DNA of 64,000 nucleotides from an uncultured Desulfospira sp. (GCA_963663165.1 OY760175.1:2400001-2464000), one strand, 5' to 3'. Shown: positions 32,619-42,631, counted from the first letter of the stretch. Notes: a model not told the origin generated them from the sequence alone. Program-made: numbers and translations.

Positions 32619-32647
32619 TTGACAATACAAACTTATTATAATAAGTT
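32619..32647 (+). promoter_or_regulatory. Candidate promoter overlapped by an 18-bp palindromic operator
   Basis: TTGACA at 32619, 17-bp spacer, TAAGTT. The perfect palindrome AACTTATTATAATAAGTT spans 32630-32647. Confidence 0.55.
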
Positions 32648-32735
32648 GTCAAATTGTTCTGTATCGTCATGTGCGAAGCAGACGGGCTGTCCCCAAAAGG
32701 CGGTCCATAACAGCGTCAGCAAGGGAATAGGTATC

Positions 32736-33383
32736 ATGCAGGCATACGACTTTTTAACCGGTCCCATGATGTGGATAACGGTACTCATATTTGCGGCAGG
32801 GATGATTTATAAAACCGGGCAGATTTTTTATCTTGTGCGGTCAGGCCGGTATCCGGGGATTGTCCTTTATAACCCCAAAGCCCGTTTCTACAAATCCTTT
32901 GAGACTTCCATGCCCGGACGCCACCCCTTTACAACACTGGTGTCCGTGGTCTTTCATGTGACCCTGTTTGCCGTGCCCCTGTTTCTTAACGGGCACAACC
33001 TCATGCTGGATGCGGGGTTAGGGATCAGCCTGCCCATGATAAACGACCACATTGCCGACAATCTCACCGTCATCTATCTTTGCTGCTGCCTTTATTTTCT
33101 CTTTCGCCGGATACTGGTCCGGCGGGTGAGGGCCCTCACCTTTTTTAAGGATTATCTGATCCTGGTTTTGGTCAGCCTGCCTTTTTTGACGGGGTTTATG
33201 GCCTATCACCGCCTGCTTTCCTATGATGTTCTGCTCAATTGCCATATCATTTCCGGGCAGTTGATGCTGATCGCTATTCCATTTACACGGTTGATTCATA
33301 TGGTTGTATTCTTCTTGCTGCGGCTGCCGCCGGACCGGAAGGTATCCGGCGGATTCACAAACAATGAAAGGGTCTGGTCATAA
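32736..33383 (+). CDS. TmcC/HmcE/NarI-like membrane cytochrome b subunit
   Basis: About 5 TM helices with His pairs (FHV...NGHN; CHI...IPFTRLIH). Confidence 0.8.
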   Translation: MQAYDFLTGPMMWITVLIFAAGMIYKTGQIFYLVRSGRYPGIVLYNPKARFYKSFETSMPGRHPFTTLVSVVFHVTLFAVPLFLNGHNLMLDAGLGISLPMINDHIADNLTVIYLCCCLYFLFRRILVRRVRALTFFKDYLILVLVSLPFLTGFMAYHRLLSYDVLLNCHIISGQLMLIAIPFTRLIHMVVFFLLRLPPDRKVSGGFTNNERVWS

Positions 33384-33844
33384 TGTGGTTTATCAACAAT
33401 ACGGTGGCACCGGATAAAACGGTAACGGCAGAACAACAGATTGATCCGGAACAAATCAGGGGTATCCTCAAACAGAACGGGCCCCAGATAAAACTGTTTT
33501 TTTCGGCCTGTGTCCACTGCACATATTGCGCCGATACCTGCTTTTTGCAGCGCAATCATGAGAATGACCCAAGCTACATGCCATCCTATAAAGTGATCCA
33601 TACCGTTGGAAAGCTCTATAAGAAAAAAGGTCGGGTCTCCCGGGCGGAGCTCATGGAAATCCGGGATATCCTGTGGAACCAATGTGCGTTGTGTACCCGG
33701 TGCATCTGCCCCCTTCACCTCAACATCCCCGGCATGATCGCCCTTGGCAGGGATATTTGCAGGTCCCAGGGGGTGGTCCCTGAATTTGGCGGTCCGGTTC
33801 AGGCTGGAAACGAATCTTTGGATTTAACAAAGGCCGCCTCATGA
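33383..33844 (+). CDS. Short 2x[4Fe-4S] protein (like the TmcB/HmcF N-terminus, no CCG domain)
   Basis: CVHCTYCADTC, YMPSYK and CALCTRCICP. Confidence 0.82.
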   Translation: MWFINNTVAPDKTVTAEQQIDPEQIRGILKQNGPQIKLFFSACVHCTYCADTCFLQRNHENDPSYMPSYKVIHTVGKLYKKKGRVSRAELMEIRDILWNQCALCTRCICPLHLNIPGMIALGRDICRSQGVVPEFGGPVQAGNESLDLTKAAS

Positions 33845-34257
33845 AAAAAAATACCGGGATCAATGTTTACACACCCAAACGGAGCCTGGCCAAAAATATT
33901 GGCCTGGCAGGCCTTGGGGCATTGATTCTTCTGGTGACGGTCCTGGGCTACGGCAAGGAATTTTTTCCCCATCTTCGGGCCGTTGAAAATGAGAACCTGC
34001 CCTCTGCCCATTTTCCCCATGATGCACACATGGATTTTCTGGACTGTCTGGACTGCCACCACCAGTATGAAAACGGGGAAAACACCCTGAACGAAGCAGA
34101 CCTTTACGAGGGAAACCCGGATATTCAGTGCGGTTCCTGCCACAACGGAAAGAAATCCTTTCCCCTTTTGCGGGCATTTCACCGGCAGTGTATCCAATGC
34201 CACGAACAGGAGGATTCAGGCCCTGTCAACTGCGGGGAGTGCCATGAAAAATCCTGA
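33841..34257 (+). CDS. Tetrahaem class III cytochrome c (cytochrome c3/TmcA-like)
   Basis: Four CxxCH motifs (CLDCHH, CGSCH, CIQCH, CGECH), FPHDAH, AFH and an N-terminal hydrophobic helix. Confidence 0.9.
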   Translation: MKKNTGINVYTPKRSLAKNIGLAGLGALILLVTVLGYGKEFFPHLRAVENENLPSAHFPHDAHMDFLDCLDCHHQYENGENTLNEADLYEGNPDIQCGSCHNGKKSFPLLRAFHRQCIQCHEQEDSGPVNCGECHEKS

Positions 34258-34285
34258 TGGTGCTGCCCGGGAAAGGACATCGTGA

Positions 34286-34954
34286 ATGATTAAAGCCAAA
34301 CAAAAACCCATAGATGAGATACTGGCTCGGATTGACGGATACCGGCGGGTCCTGATTGCAGGATGCGGCGGCTGCGTCTCGGTCTGCCTGGCCGGGGGGC
34401 AGCAGGAAGTCGAACTGCTGAACCATTCCCTGGATGACCATGTCAGAAAAAACGGCCTGGATCATGACATCAGCGGATGCACCGTAGAACGGCAGTGCAA
34501 TGCCCAGTTCTTAAGCGGACTGGACCTGCTGATCAACGATTATGACTGCCTGCTGTCCATGGCCTGCGGGGCCGGCAACCAGCTTCTGGCCGAACGGTAT
34601 CCGGACACCCCGGTGTTCCCGGCGGTCAATACCATGTTCATCGGCATCGACCGGGGCCCTGGCTGGTACGAAGAAAAATGCCGGGCCTGCGGCTCATGTG
34701 TGCTGGGCTACAGCGGCGGCATCTGTCCGGTATCCCGGTGTGCCAAGGGATTGTATAACGGCCCCTGCGGCGGAACCGACAACGGCAGATGCGAGGTCAA
34801 CAAAAACGTGCCCTGTGCCTGGTATGACATCTACAACCGGCTCAAACGCCAGAACCGGCTAAAGGACATGCTCGACATAAAGCCCCCGGTCCAATGGCAA
34901 AACACGGTACAGCAAACCCTGGTCCAGCCCGGGTGCCAGGGCCCTCCCGGTTAA
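34286..34954 (+). CDS. metV: Methylene-THF reductase small subunit MetV
   Basis: GCGGC, ERQC, MACGAG and CRACGSC...GGICPVSRCAKGLYNGPCGG. Confidence 0.88.
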   Translation: MIKAKQKPIDEILARIDGYRRVLIAGCGGCVSVCLAGGQQEVELLNHSLDDHVRKNGLDHDISGCTVERQCNAQFLSGLDLLINDYDCLLSMACGAGNQLLAERYPDTPVFPAVNTMFIGIDRGPGWYEEKCRACGSCVLGYSGGICPVSRCAKGLYNGPCGGTDNGRCEVNKNVPCAWYDIYNRLKRQNRLKDMLDIKPPVQWQNTVQQTLVQPGCQGPPG

Positions 34955-35014
34955 ATTGATTCGGAACCGTTATCTAACAACGCCTATAAAAAAGCCAACC
35001 ATGGAAAGCAGCCC

Positions 35015-35923
35015 ATGTCCAGAACCTTAAAAGAAAAACTTGACCACGGTGAATTTGCCGTTACAGCCGAACTGTCCCCGCCCCAGGGGCCTGATGTGGA
35101 CCATATCAGGGAGCGGGCCTCCCACTTAAAAGGGGTGGTGGACGGGGTAAATATCACAGACAACCCGTCGGGCACCGTGAGGATGTCCAGCCTGACCACG
35201 GCCCTGGTGGCCATGGGGGAGGGCCTTGAACCGGTCTGGCAGATGACCTGCCGGGACCGGAACCGGATTGCCATGCAAAGTGAAATCCTCGGCGCCGCCG
35301 CCCTTGGCATCAAGAATCTGCTCTGCCTGTCCGGAGACCACACTTCTTCAGGGAACCATCCCGGGGCCAAAGCCGTCTATGATATTGACTCTGTCCAGCT
35401 TCTGGGCATGGTCAAACGGATGCGGGACGACCACCTGTTTCTGGACGATGAAAAACCCTTTAAAGGCGGCGATGTCGACCTGTTTATCGGCGGGGCAGCC
35501 AACCCCTTTGCCGAACCCTTTGAGTTCAGGCCATGGCGCATGAAGAAAAAGGCCATGGCCGGGGCCGACTTTGTCCAGACCCAGTGCATTTTTGACATGG
35601 ATCTGTTCAAAACCTGGCTGGCCGAAGTCCGGGACCTTGGCGTGGACCGGTCCTGCCATATCCTGGCCGGAATCATCCCCTTAAAATCCCCGGGCATGGC
35701 CAAATTCATGGCCGACCGGGTGGCCGGGGTCAGAATTCCCGATGCCATTATCCGCAGAATGGCAGGGGTCCCCAAAAAGGATGCCGCCGCCGAAGGGATT
35801 AAAATCTGCTGCGAACAGATCCAGGAACTGCGGGAAATGAACGGTATCCACGGCATTCACCTGATGGCCATCGGCTGGGAACACCGGGTCAAGGAGATCC
35901 TGACCCTGGCCGGACTTCGGTGA
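35015..35923 (+). CDS. metF: Methylenetetrahydrofolate reductase MetF
   Basis: TAELSPP, NITDN, TCRDRNR, CLSGD and GADFVQTQ. Confidence 0.93.
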   Translation: MSRTLKEKLDHGEFAVTAELSPPQGPDVDHIRERASHLKGVVDGVNITDNPSGTVRMSSLTTALVAMGEGLEPVWQMTCRDRNRIAMQSEILGAAALGIKNLLCLSGDHTSSGNHPGAKAVYDIDSVQLLGMVKRMRDDHLFLDDEKPFKGGDVDLFIGGAANPFAEPFEFRPWRMKKKAMAGADFVQTQCIFDMDLFKTWLAEVRDLGVDRSCHILAGIIPLKSPGMAKFMADRVAGVRIPDAIIRRMAGVPKKDAAAEGIKICCEQIQELREMNGIHGIHLMAIGWEHRVKEILTLAGLR

Positions 35924-36022
35924 TGCAGGGAGACCGGAGAAAAAGGAAGCCGGAGACCGGGTCGCTTTTTTTGCCATTGACTTTCAGGCAAATCAATTTT
36001 ACCCTTACAATAAAGTAAGGAG

Positions 36023-36283
36023 ATGCCTATGATTACAAGCAAAATCACGGCGAAAGGGCAGTTGACCCTTCCAAAGGCAATCCGGGAGTTCCTTAATGTC
36101 GATATCGCCGACCGGATTGAGTTTACATTATTAGAGGACGGGAAAGTGTTAATTACCGGTAAAAAAAGACCGGCCAGAAAGCTCTTTGGGATTTTAAAAC
36201 ATAAAAAACGACCAAACCCGGTTTCACCTGAAGAAATGGATTTAGCCATAAAGAAAAGACGGCTTGACAGAAACACCATATGA
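36023..36283 (+). CDS. AbrB/MazE-family antitoxin
   Basis: SKITAKGQLTLPKAIRE motif, with upstream palindrome CTTAC-N6-GTAAG. Confidence 0.9.
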   Translation: MPMITSKITAKGQLTLPKAIREFLNVDIADRIEFTLLEDGKVLITGKKRPARKLFGILKHKKRPNPVSPEEMDLAIKKRRLDRNTI

Positions 36284-36684
36284 TTGCCTTTGATACCAAC
36301 GCCTTAATCCGACTATTGATAGAAGATGATGTAGAACAGGCTAAAATCGTTCAGGATTGGGTTGAACAAACAGAAGCTGATGGCGGCCGAATTTTAATAC
36401 TCTCTGAAGTATTGATAGAATCTGTATGGGTTCTTGAATCCGTCTATGATTGCAACCGGGTTGAAATTGCAGGGTTTTTCGAAGCCCTTTTGAACACCTC
36501 TGTATTTACCACGCAAAATCCGGCTGTTTTGCGGACAGCCGCTTCTGAGTATAAAAAAGGGGGGGACTTTGCCGATTTGATCATCGTCAACCTGGCAAGG
36601 CATTATAATGCCGAAAAACTGATCAGCTTTGATAAAAAACTGCAAAAAAGATTTCCCGGCCATGTTATGGGAGATCGCCCATAA
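36280..36684 (+). CDS. VapC/PIN toxin
   Basis: FDTNALIRLL, ESVWVL, DFAD and SFD motifs. Confidence 0.92.
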   Translation: MIAFDTNALIRLLIEDDVEQAKIVQDWVEQTEADGGRILILSEVLIESVWVLESVYDCNRVEIAGFFEALLNTSVFTTQNPAVLRTAASEYKKGGDFADLIIVNLARHYNAEKLISFDKKLQKRFPGHVMGDRP

Positions 36685-36866
36685 AGATAGAAAGCCAATG
36701 CAGGGAGACCGGAGGAAAGGAGACCGCAGACCGGATGCGAAGCCCCTAAGGATAATCGATCCGGTCTCCGCCCCCCCTTCTTCGGGTCTCCATTCTTTTG
36801 TTAATTTACCAGCAAAAAAAATCCCTTTGGGCTATTTGGCTACAGCCCTGCCAAGCCATGTGCCCG

Positions 36867-39065
36867 CTAAAACCGGTATGACAGGGTTATGCCGACAACG
36901 AGGGGTTCGGCATCCTCGGTAATCCCCCGGTCAACATTTTCAAGAATGCAGTAATGGCGGTCAAACAGATTCCTTGCCCATATATAGCCCTCCCAGTGGG
37001 CCCCTTCCAGCCCCAGCTTGAGGTTGACCAGCTCATAGCCGGATTCTTTAACGGTATTGGCATCGTCAAAATACCGGGGACCGGTACCGGCAAGCTCGGC
37101 ACGGCAGAACCCTGTCCACTGTCCCCACAGGGGGCGCCGGTATTGAAACCCCAGGGTGTAGGTATAATCCGGAACACCGAATGTGGTATTGCCTTTAAAG
37201 TTTTCTTTGGTAACAGGGTCGGTATACTGATCGTATTCAGCCTCCAAAAGGGTGAATGACCCGAAAATTTCCAGGGTATTTAAAACAAACCAGTTGACCT
37301 CGGCCTCCATGCCCAGTCGATGAGATTCACCCGCATTCTCCAGGTAGGACTGGTTGTATTCGTTGAAACGGGTGATCTGTTCGTCTTCAATATCCGTATA
37401 AAACCCGCAAAGGTTAACCGTAAGCCGGTTTTGGAAAAACCCGGATTTAATCCCGGTTTCATACACCCAGCTGTATTCCTCATCATAGGGCTTGCCCCCC
37501 ACATTAGGGGCGTTGAACCCGCCGCTGCGGTGGGCCCTTGACACTGTGGCGTAAAGCATCTGATCTTCCATGAAATGCCATCCCACACTCAATTTGGGCA
37601 GCAGGGCCTCAAACCGGCTTTCCATGCCAGGCTGCCGTGCTGCTGTTGTGGCCCCCCCTGTGGGGGTATCAAATACAGCGGCCTCCATTCTGGCATCTTC
37701 TACCTCATATCTGAGTCCCGCCGTGATATCCACAGCAGCCAGCACCGGCCAGGTGATCTGGCCGAACAGGGCCTGTCCATGGTTGGTGCCGTTGGTTTCC
37801 GTAGTCCTGGCACCGGTTCCCGGGGCAAAGGGATTGCTGGGACTGCGGGCCATGGCCGGCCGATAGTAGTTGGTCCGTTCCTTGTCGGATTTAATGTAAA
37901 AATAATACAGCCCGGCCAGCCATTTGGGGCCGGTTTGTGTTTCCGGCGAGGCAATGCGGATCTCCTGGGAAAAGGTGCGTTCTTCTAAGATGTATTTCAT
38001 GCGGGCCGCATCCAGGGGGCTGAAATCCGAATCAATAAAATCCTCATTGTCAAAATCCCGGTACCCTGTGATAGCGGTTACCCGGCCGATTTTCGTGTCC
38101 ACATCCGCAGTTAACGCCGCCCCCCAGTAGTCGTTCTCAGAGGTGCCGTCAAAATCATGGGAATAGTGATAAGGGCTGTCCGCTTCCAGTATTCCGTTGC
38201 TCACAAATGAATTGCGCTCGGTTCTGCGAAACGGGAACGCACCGTCATCATGGTGCTGGCCGTCCAGGCTCAAGGTAATATCCCATTCCGGGGCCGGCAC
38301 ATACCGCAGTTTTACCCTGCAGGCCTGCCCGTCTTTATGCCGGCCGTCCTCGCTAACCCCTGCCACATCGTTCTCCATGTACCCGTCACTGGCGGATATC
38401 AGGCCGGAGAGCCCGAAAAAAAGCTTGTCACTGATAATGGGGGTCTGGATATACCCCTTTACCTGCCGTTCATTGTAACTGGCATAAGAACCGGTGACCT
38501 GTCCCCGGGTTTCATTGTCTGGTGTCCGTGTATGAATATTGATCACGCCCGCCATGGTGTTGCGGCCGTACAAGGTCCCCTGGGGCCCGCGCAAAACCTC
38601 GATCCGCTCCACATCAAACAAAGGAAAATCAAACAGGTACGACTTGGAATAATTCACCCCGTCAACATACAGGCCGGCGGACGGCTCGCTGTTGTTCAGG
38701 CTTTTGATGCCGCGGATATAGGTCTGGCAATGCCAGCGGCTCCCGAAATCATAGAATTCAAAATTGGGGATATGTTCCGAAAGGCCAACCATATCGGTGA
38801 TGCCGGCATCAATGATATGGGTCTCATCCAGCACGGTGATGCTGTCCGGTATATCCTGTACGTTTTCCGCCCGCTTCTGGGCGGTCACGATGATTTCCCC
38901 GGTCAAAATCGGTGCGCTGCCGCTCTCCTGTTGTGCTGAAAGATTGGTTTCAGACAACTGTCCCGCCTGCAGGCCATGGGCCGAACAAATCAGGATTACC
39001 GCTGCCATTGGCAGCCACATGCCCTGGCCTGTCCAGGACGCAACTCTAGTACATAATTTTCTCAT
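36867..39065 (-). CDS. TonB-dependent receptor
   Basis: IVTAQKR, VERIEVLRGPQGTLYGRN and C-terminal YRF. Start taken at MRKL after an AGGAG RBS. Confidence 0.95.
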   Translation of the reverse strand: MRKLCTRVASWTGQGMWLPMAAVILICSAHGLQAGQLSETNLSAQQESGSAPILTGEIIVTAQKRAENVQDIPDSITVLDETHIIDAGITDMVGLSEHIPNFEFYDFGSRWHCQTYIRGIKSLNNSEPSAGLYVDGVNYSKSYLFDFPLFDVERIEVLRGPQGTLYGRNTMAGVINIHTRTPDNETRGQVTGSYASYNERQVKGYIQTPIISDKLFFGLSGLISASDGYMENDVAGVSEDGRHKDGQACRVKLRYVPAPEWDITLSLDGQHHDDGAFPFRRTERNSFVSNGILEADSPYHYSHDFDGTSENDYWGAALTADVDTKIGRVTAITGYRDFDNEDFIDSDFSPLDAARMKYILEERTFSQEIRIASPETQTGPKWLAGLYYFYIKSDKERTNYYRPAMARSPSNPFAPGTGARTTETNGTNHGQALFGQITWPVLAAVDITAGLRYEVEDARMEAAVFDTPTGGATTAARQPGMESRFEALLPKLSVGWHFMEDQMLYATVSRAHRSGGFNAPNVGGKPYDEEYSWVYETGIKSGFFQNRLTVNLCGFYTDIEDEQITRFNEYNQSYLENAGESHRLGMEAEVNWFVLNTLEIFGSFTLLEAEYDQYTDPVTKENFKGNTTFGVPDYTYTLGFQYRRPLWGQWTGFCRAELAGTGPRYFDDANTVKESGYELVNLKLGLEGAHWEGYIWARNLFDRHYCILENVDRGITEDAEPLVVGITLSYRF

Positions 39066-39176
39066 AAACCGACTCCTCTCCTGAATGAGTTGTTTTAAGA
39101 TGGAAAAAAAATTAAATCCGGATCCCCCCGGCATTGGACCGCCGGGGGGATATGTCAGGCATAATGCTTTTGCGGG

Positions 39177-39833
39177 TTAGCGATAAGGCCCGGCGGTTTT
39201 TTGAACCACATAGGCTTTATATTGCGCCGTCCGGTGCCCGATGGCCGAAGCCTGAAAGGCCAGGTCGTAGACTTTCGTAAAACCGTATGAATCCAGCAGC
39301 CGGCTGATATGGGTGCCCGAATAGGAAAAAATGGTGGCCCTTTTCTCAGGGCAATGATGGGAATCCACCCGGGCCGATCTGGTTTCGCCCTCTTGGCAGT
39401 CCGCTGCCACAAAGGCGAATATGCCATTGGGTTTAAGGATCCGTTGAAGTTCCTGAAACATGACCGTCAAGTCCTCGAAAAGGTGCGTCACCCCCGTACA
39501 GACGGCATGATCCATGGAACCGGCATCATAGGGATACGGCGCCAGGGAAAGATCGTGTTCTTTCAAGTTTTCGGCCATCTGTTTGGCCCGGCAGCATTCA
39601 AGCATTTTGGGGGAAAAATCAACCCCGTAAACGGCCAGCCCTGCCTTGTGGAACAGCTCGGAAGACAATCCGGTTCCAATACCGATATCCAGAATACGGT
39701 CGCCGGGATTCACAAACCGGAAGGCCATGCCGAAAACAATTGCCGGATCCAGCCATTTGGCTTTTCCGGCCCTTTGGTCATATTGATTGGCCGTATCTGA
39801 ATCAAACACGTTCTTTACCTTTACCGTGGTCAT
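39177..39833 (-). CDS. Class I SAM-dependent methyltransferase
   Basis: ILDIGIGTG and GVDFSPKML motifs. Confidence 0.9.
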   Translation of the reverse strand: MTTVKVKNVFDSDTANQYDQRAGKAKWLDPAIVFGMAFRFVNPGDRILDIGIGTGLSSELFHKAGLAVYGVDFSPKMLECCRAKQMAENLKEHDLSLAPYPYDAGSMDHAVCTGVTHLFEDLTVMFQELQRILKPNGIFAFVAADCQEGETRSARVDSHHCPEKRATIFSYSGTHISRLLDSYGFTKVYDLAFQASAIGHRTAQYKAYVVQKTAGPYR

Positions 39834-40477
39834 TTAAGGCCTCCTTTATCTGAATACGGACACATGATGTCCAGCAGCCGGCCGATACTGGTCTGATTTT
39901 TTTGGGCCAGGTCTGCCAGGGATTGTTTCGGGGATTCAAGGATAATATGGTTTTGACTCAGCTGTTCCTGTGACTGACAAGGATCCCACCCCATATACCG
40001 GGCAATATGCAGCGCCGGGAACCGGGACGCCGTCCCATACGGCGGAGAACCGTACTTTTGCATGGAGGCCATTTTAAACGACCGGGCAATATTTATAAAC
40101 TGCCCCATGGGCGGTATCTCGTAATACCCGCCAACGCAGACATAAAGGGTCACCGTCAAAGATACGGCCAGGGCCGGCAAACCGGTTTTCTGTCTTTTCA
40201 CGTAAGCCGCCAGCAGCTGGAAGTTGAGCCAGACATGGACAACCATGGAAAGACAGAACAAAAGGCCTGAGTTAAGGTGAAGCACCCCCCAGTGGTGGCG
40301 GGAAAGCGCCCAGAATGACCAGGGACTGAAATGACCGACCTGGCCCGCCGGTCCAAAATAAAGCACCACGCTGGTCACCAGCATGACCAGCCCGGAAAAG
40401 GCCAGGGTCAGGGATGTGGTTCTTTTTAACATGGGAAACCGCCTGGCGGTTTCAAATAATTTCATACAAAATTTCAT
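39830..40477 (-). CDS. DUF4405-like membrane protein
   Basis: TSL...VTSVVLY...W...LH...HVWLN pattern and a PPYG motif. Confidence 0.7.
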   Translation of the reverse strand: MKFCMKLFETARRFPMLKRTTSLTLAFSGLVMLVTSVVLYFGPAGQVGHFSPWSFWALSRHHWGVLHLNSGLLFCLSMVVHVWLNFQLLAAYVKRQKTGLPALAVSLTVTLYVCVGGYYEIPPMGQFINIARSFKMASMQKYGSPPYGTASRFPALHIARYMGWDPCQSQEQLSQNHIILESPKQSLADLAQKNQTSIGRLLDIMCPYSDKGGLK

Positions 40478-40663
40478 CTTTACTCCTAAAAAAATTGGGC
40501 CAACAAAACTTCGAGGGAGTATAAAAGAATCAAACGGATAGTTTCTACCCGGTTCCAACCAATTTTTGCCCCGAAAGGCATGAAATAGCGATTGGCTATT
40601 AGCTTTTAGCGGTAACGGATGGAAGATACCAAAAGCTAATGGCTGATAGCCAACGGCTAACAG

Positions 40664-41683
40664 CTAAAAGCTTTTAATGGATTCCAGATGCTTTTTGGGA
40701 AGGATATTGAAATGTTTTTTATAGGCCCGGCTGAAGTGGCTGACGTTGGTATACCCCACGGCAAAGGCGGCCTGGCTCACGTTCATGCCGGTTTCATGAA
40801 AAAGGCGGTTGGCCTCCGCCATCCTGAAAGACTGAAGATACTGGAAGACCGAGGCCCCGTACAGGCGGCGGAACCCCTGCTGGAGCTTGTTCATGTTCAG
40901 GCCGGTCATCCGGGACAGCTGATTGATGCACGGGGGGGAAGAAAGGTCCCGGACCAGCAGGTCCCTTGCCTGAACCAGGCGGTCCCGGTCATCCAAACTT
41001 AACCCGGTAAGGGAGCTGGGTGAGGCATTGGCCCGGGCAATCTGGCCGGAAAGAAGGTCAAGGGCAATGCCCTGGTAAAAAATACGGGCCGGAGTTCCGG
41101 GCAAGGGGCCGGTTACCAGCCGGTTCAACGAATCCCTGGTCCCTGTGGAAATCCCGAACCGGAAGACATAGGGCCGCTCCAGCCGGCCTTCCATCACAGA
41201 TTGCAGCCCTTGGGGAATAGACTCCCGGTCCGGGTAAAAAAGCGTGTGAAACATGGGCAGGGACAGGTGGACATGAACCAGCACAACCCGCTGGTTTCCG
41301 GGGATGGTCATACAGCCTTCCTGGCGGGGAAGAAAAAGAATCCCGCTGGCCCCGGCCTGATTGGAATACATTTTTGACCCTAAGCCCGGCCCTTTGATCT
41401 GATTTGTAAAATTCCCGGAAAGAACAAAACCGAAATTCACCATGGGCCGGTCCCCCTCAACACAGAGGCACAACTCGTTTTCAGGTTCAACATCAAAGAG
41501 GCTGATGCTGAACCCCTCCTGGATCCGATGCTCTTTACAGCGGCTTTGGACGGCTTTGCCCTTTTGATCCCGCAGGGGAAGGGTTTGCACCGGGCTGATC
41601 CTGCTGTTGTCTGTCCCGGTGCCTGGGGCAAATGATTTTTCCGTTTGAAACCGGCCGTCTTCTTTGTGAAACAAGGGGGTCAT
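40664..41683 (-). CDS. AraC-family regulator (PchR/YbtA-like)
   Basis: KLQQGFRRLYG...VGYTNVSHFSRAYKKHF. Confidence 0.92.
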   Translation of the reverse strand: MTPLFHKEDGRFQTEKSFAPGTGTDNSRISPVQTLPLRDQKGKAVQSRCKEHRIQEGFSISLFDVEPENELCLCVEGDRPMVNFGFVLSGNFTNQIKGPGLGSKMYSNQAGASGILFLPRQEGCMTIPGNQRVVLVHVHLSLPMFHTLFYPDRESIPQGLQSVMEGRLERPYVFRFGISTGTRDSLNRLVTGPLPGTPARIFYQGIALDLLSGQIARANASPSSLTGLSLDDRDRLVQARDLLVRDLSSPPCINQLSRMTGLNMNKLQQGFRRLYGASVFQYLQSFRMAEANRLFHETGMNVSQAAFAVGYTNVSHFSRAYKKHFNILPKKHLESIKSF

Positions 41684-41886
41684 GGCAATTTTTCCAATCT
41701 ATTGCTGCCACAATCTCTTACACCCCACAACAAGTAATGTCAATCAAACTTAATACTAAAAAGCTAAATATATAAATATCAAAAAAACATCTTAAAAAAA
41801 CAAAATCTAATTCCATACAACATTAGACTTCAATAAGATCTCATTTGCCATCAGGAGGACACTCTGATTTTATGGTGCCTGTTTTT

Positions 41887-42030
41887 CTTTGCGCCTTAGC
41901 GCCTTTGCGTGAGGCCATATCTCCAAGGCCCGGAGGGCCGCAGGGGGATCTGCCAAAAAAAAGGTCAAAGCCCCCCTCAGCCCAAGGGCAGAGGGGGTTG
42001 TTTCTCTCGCAAAGGCGCTATGGCGCAAAG
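41887..42030. repeat. Inverted pair of 27-nt REP-like repeats
   Basis: CTTTGCGCCTTAGCGCCTTTGCGTGAG (41887) and CTCTCGCAAAGGCGCTATGGCGCAAAG (42004). The exact reverse complement of the first occurs again at 48871. Confidence 0.8.
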
Positions 42031-42046
42031 ACCGGTATGCCGTGTT

Positions 42047-42154
42047 TCACACCTTAAACCGGTTCACCATTTCCTGAAGGGTGGCGGTCTGCTGGGCCAG
42101 GTCCTTGATTTCGCCGGCCACCACGGCAAAGCCTTTACCGGCCTCGCCTGCCCT
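42047..42154 (-). pseudogene. Remnant of a methyl-accepting chemotaxis protein gene
   Basis: Minus strand reads [35 protein letters not shown]. Confidence 0.85.
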
Positions 42155-42631
42155 TTGAATCCGGCCCGGGTGTTCTATGAAATTTCAAAACAGTTATGAA
42201 ACGCCTTTGGCCAAGCAGCACAATTTGAGCAGTACCGTCCGGGTGTGGGAAAGAACCACATCCTGTATCTTGTATCTAAAACAAACCGTCAGTCTATCCA
42301 TGACAGCGAATCCTCCTTATCAAATCTAAAATAGAGCGGTAACATAAAGTTTGATCAACACATCAATATATGGCATAAAAAATTTTATTTTTATAATTCA
42401 AATGCAGGGGATTAGGCTGAAGGGTTTAGGCTTGTGCATCCCTTCAGCCTAATTGCCTTTTTTACATCATCTGCCTTCTTTCCTGTTTCTTGTCTCTTGT
42501 ATCCAGTTTTCTTGAATATCATGCCGGATTATAAATGAGGTCACCCTGGACAGGGCACGGGCCGGTATTGACAAATCCCGAACAAACCCCCATAAAGGAA
42601 GCAAACTCGAACCTTCAATGAGGAGAATCCA

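Larger units (their letters stand above)
35923..36734 (+). repeat. ~38-bp direct repeats (35923-35960 and 36698-36734) flanking a TA module
   Basis: ATGCAGGGAGACCGGAG...AGACCGG occurs on both sides. Confidence 0.7.
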
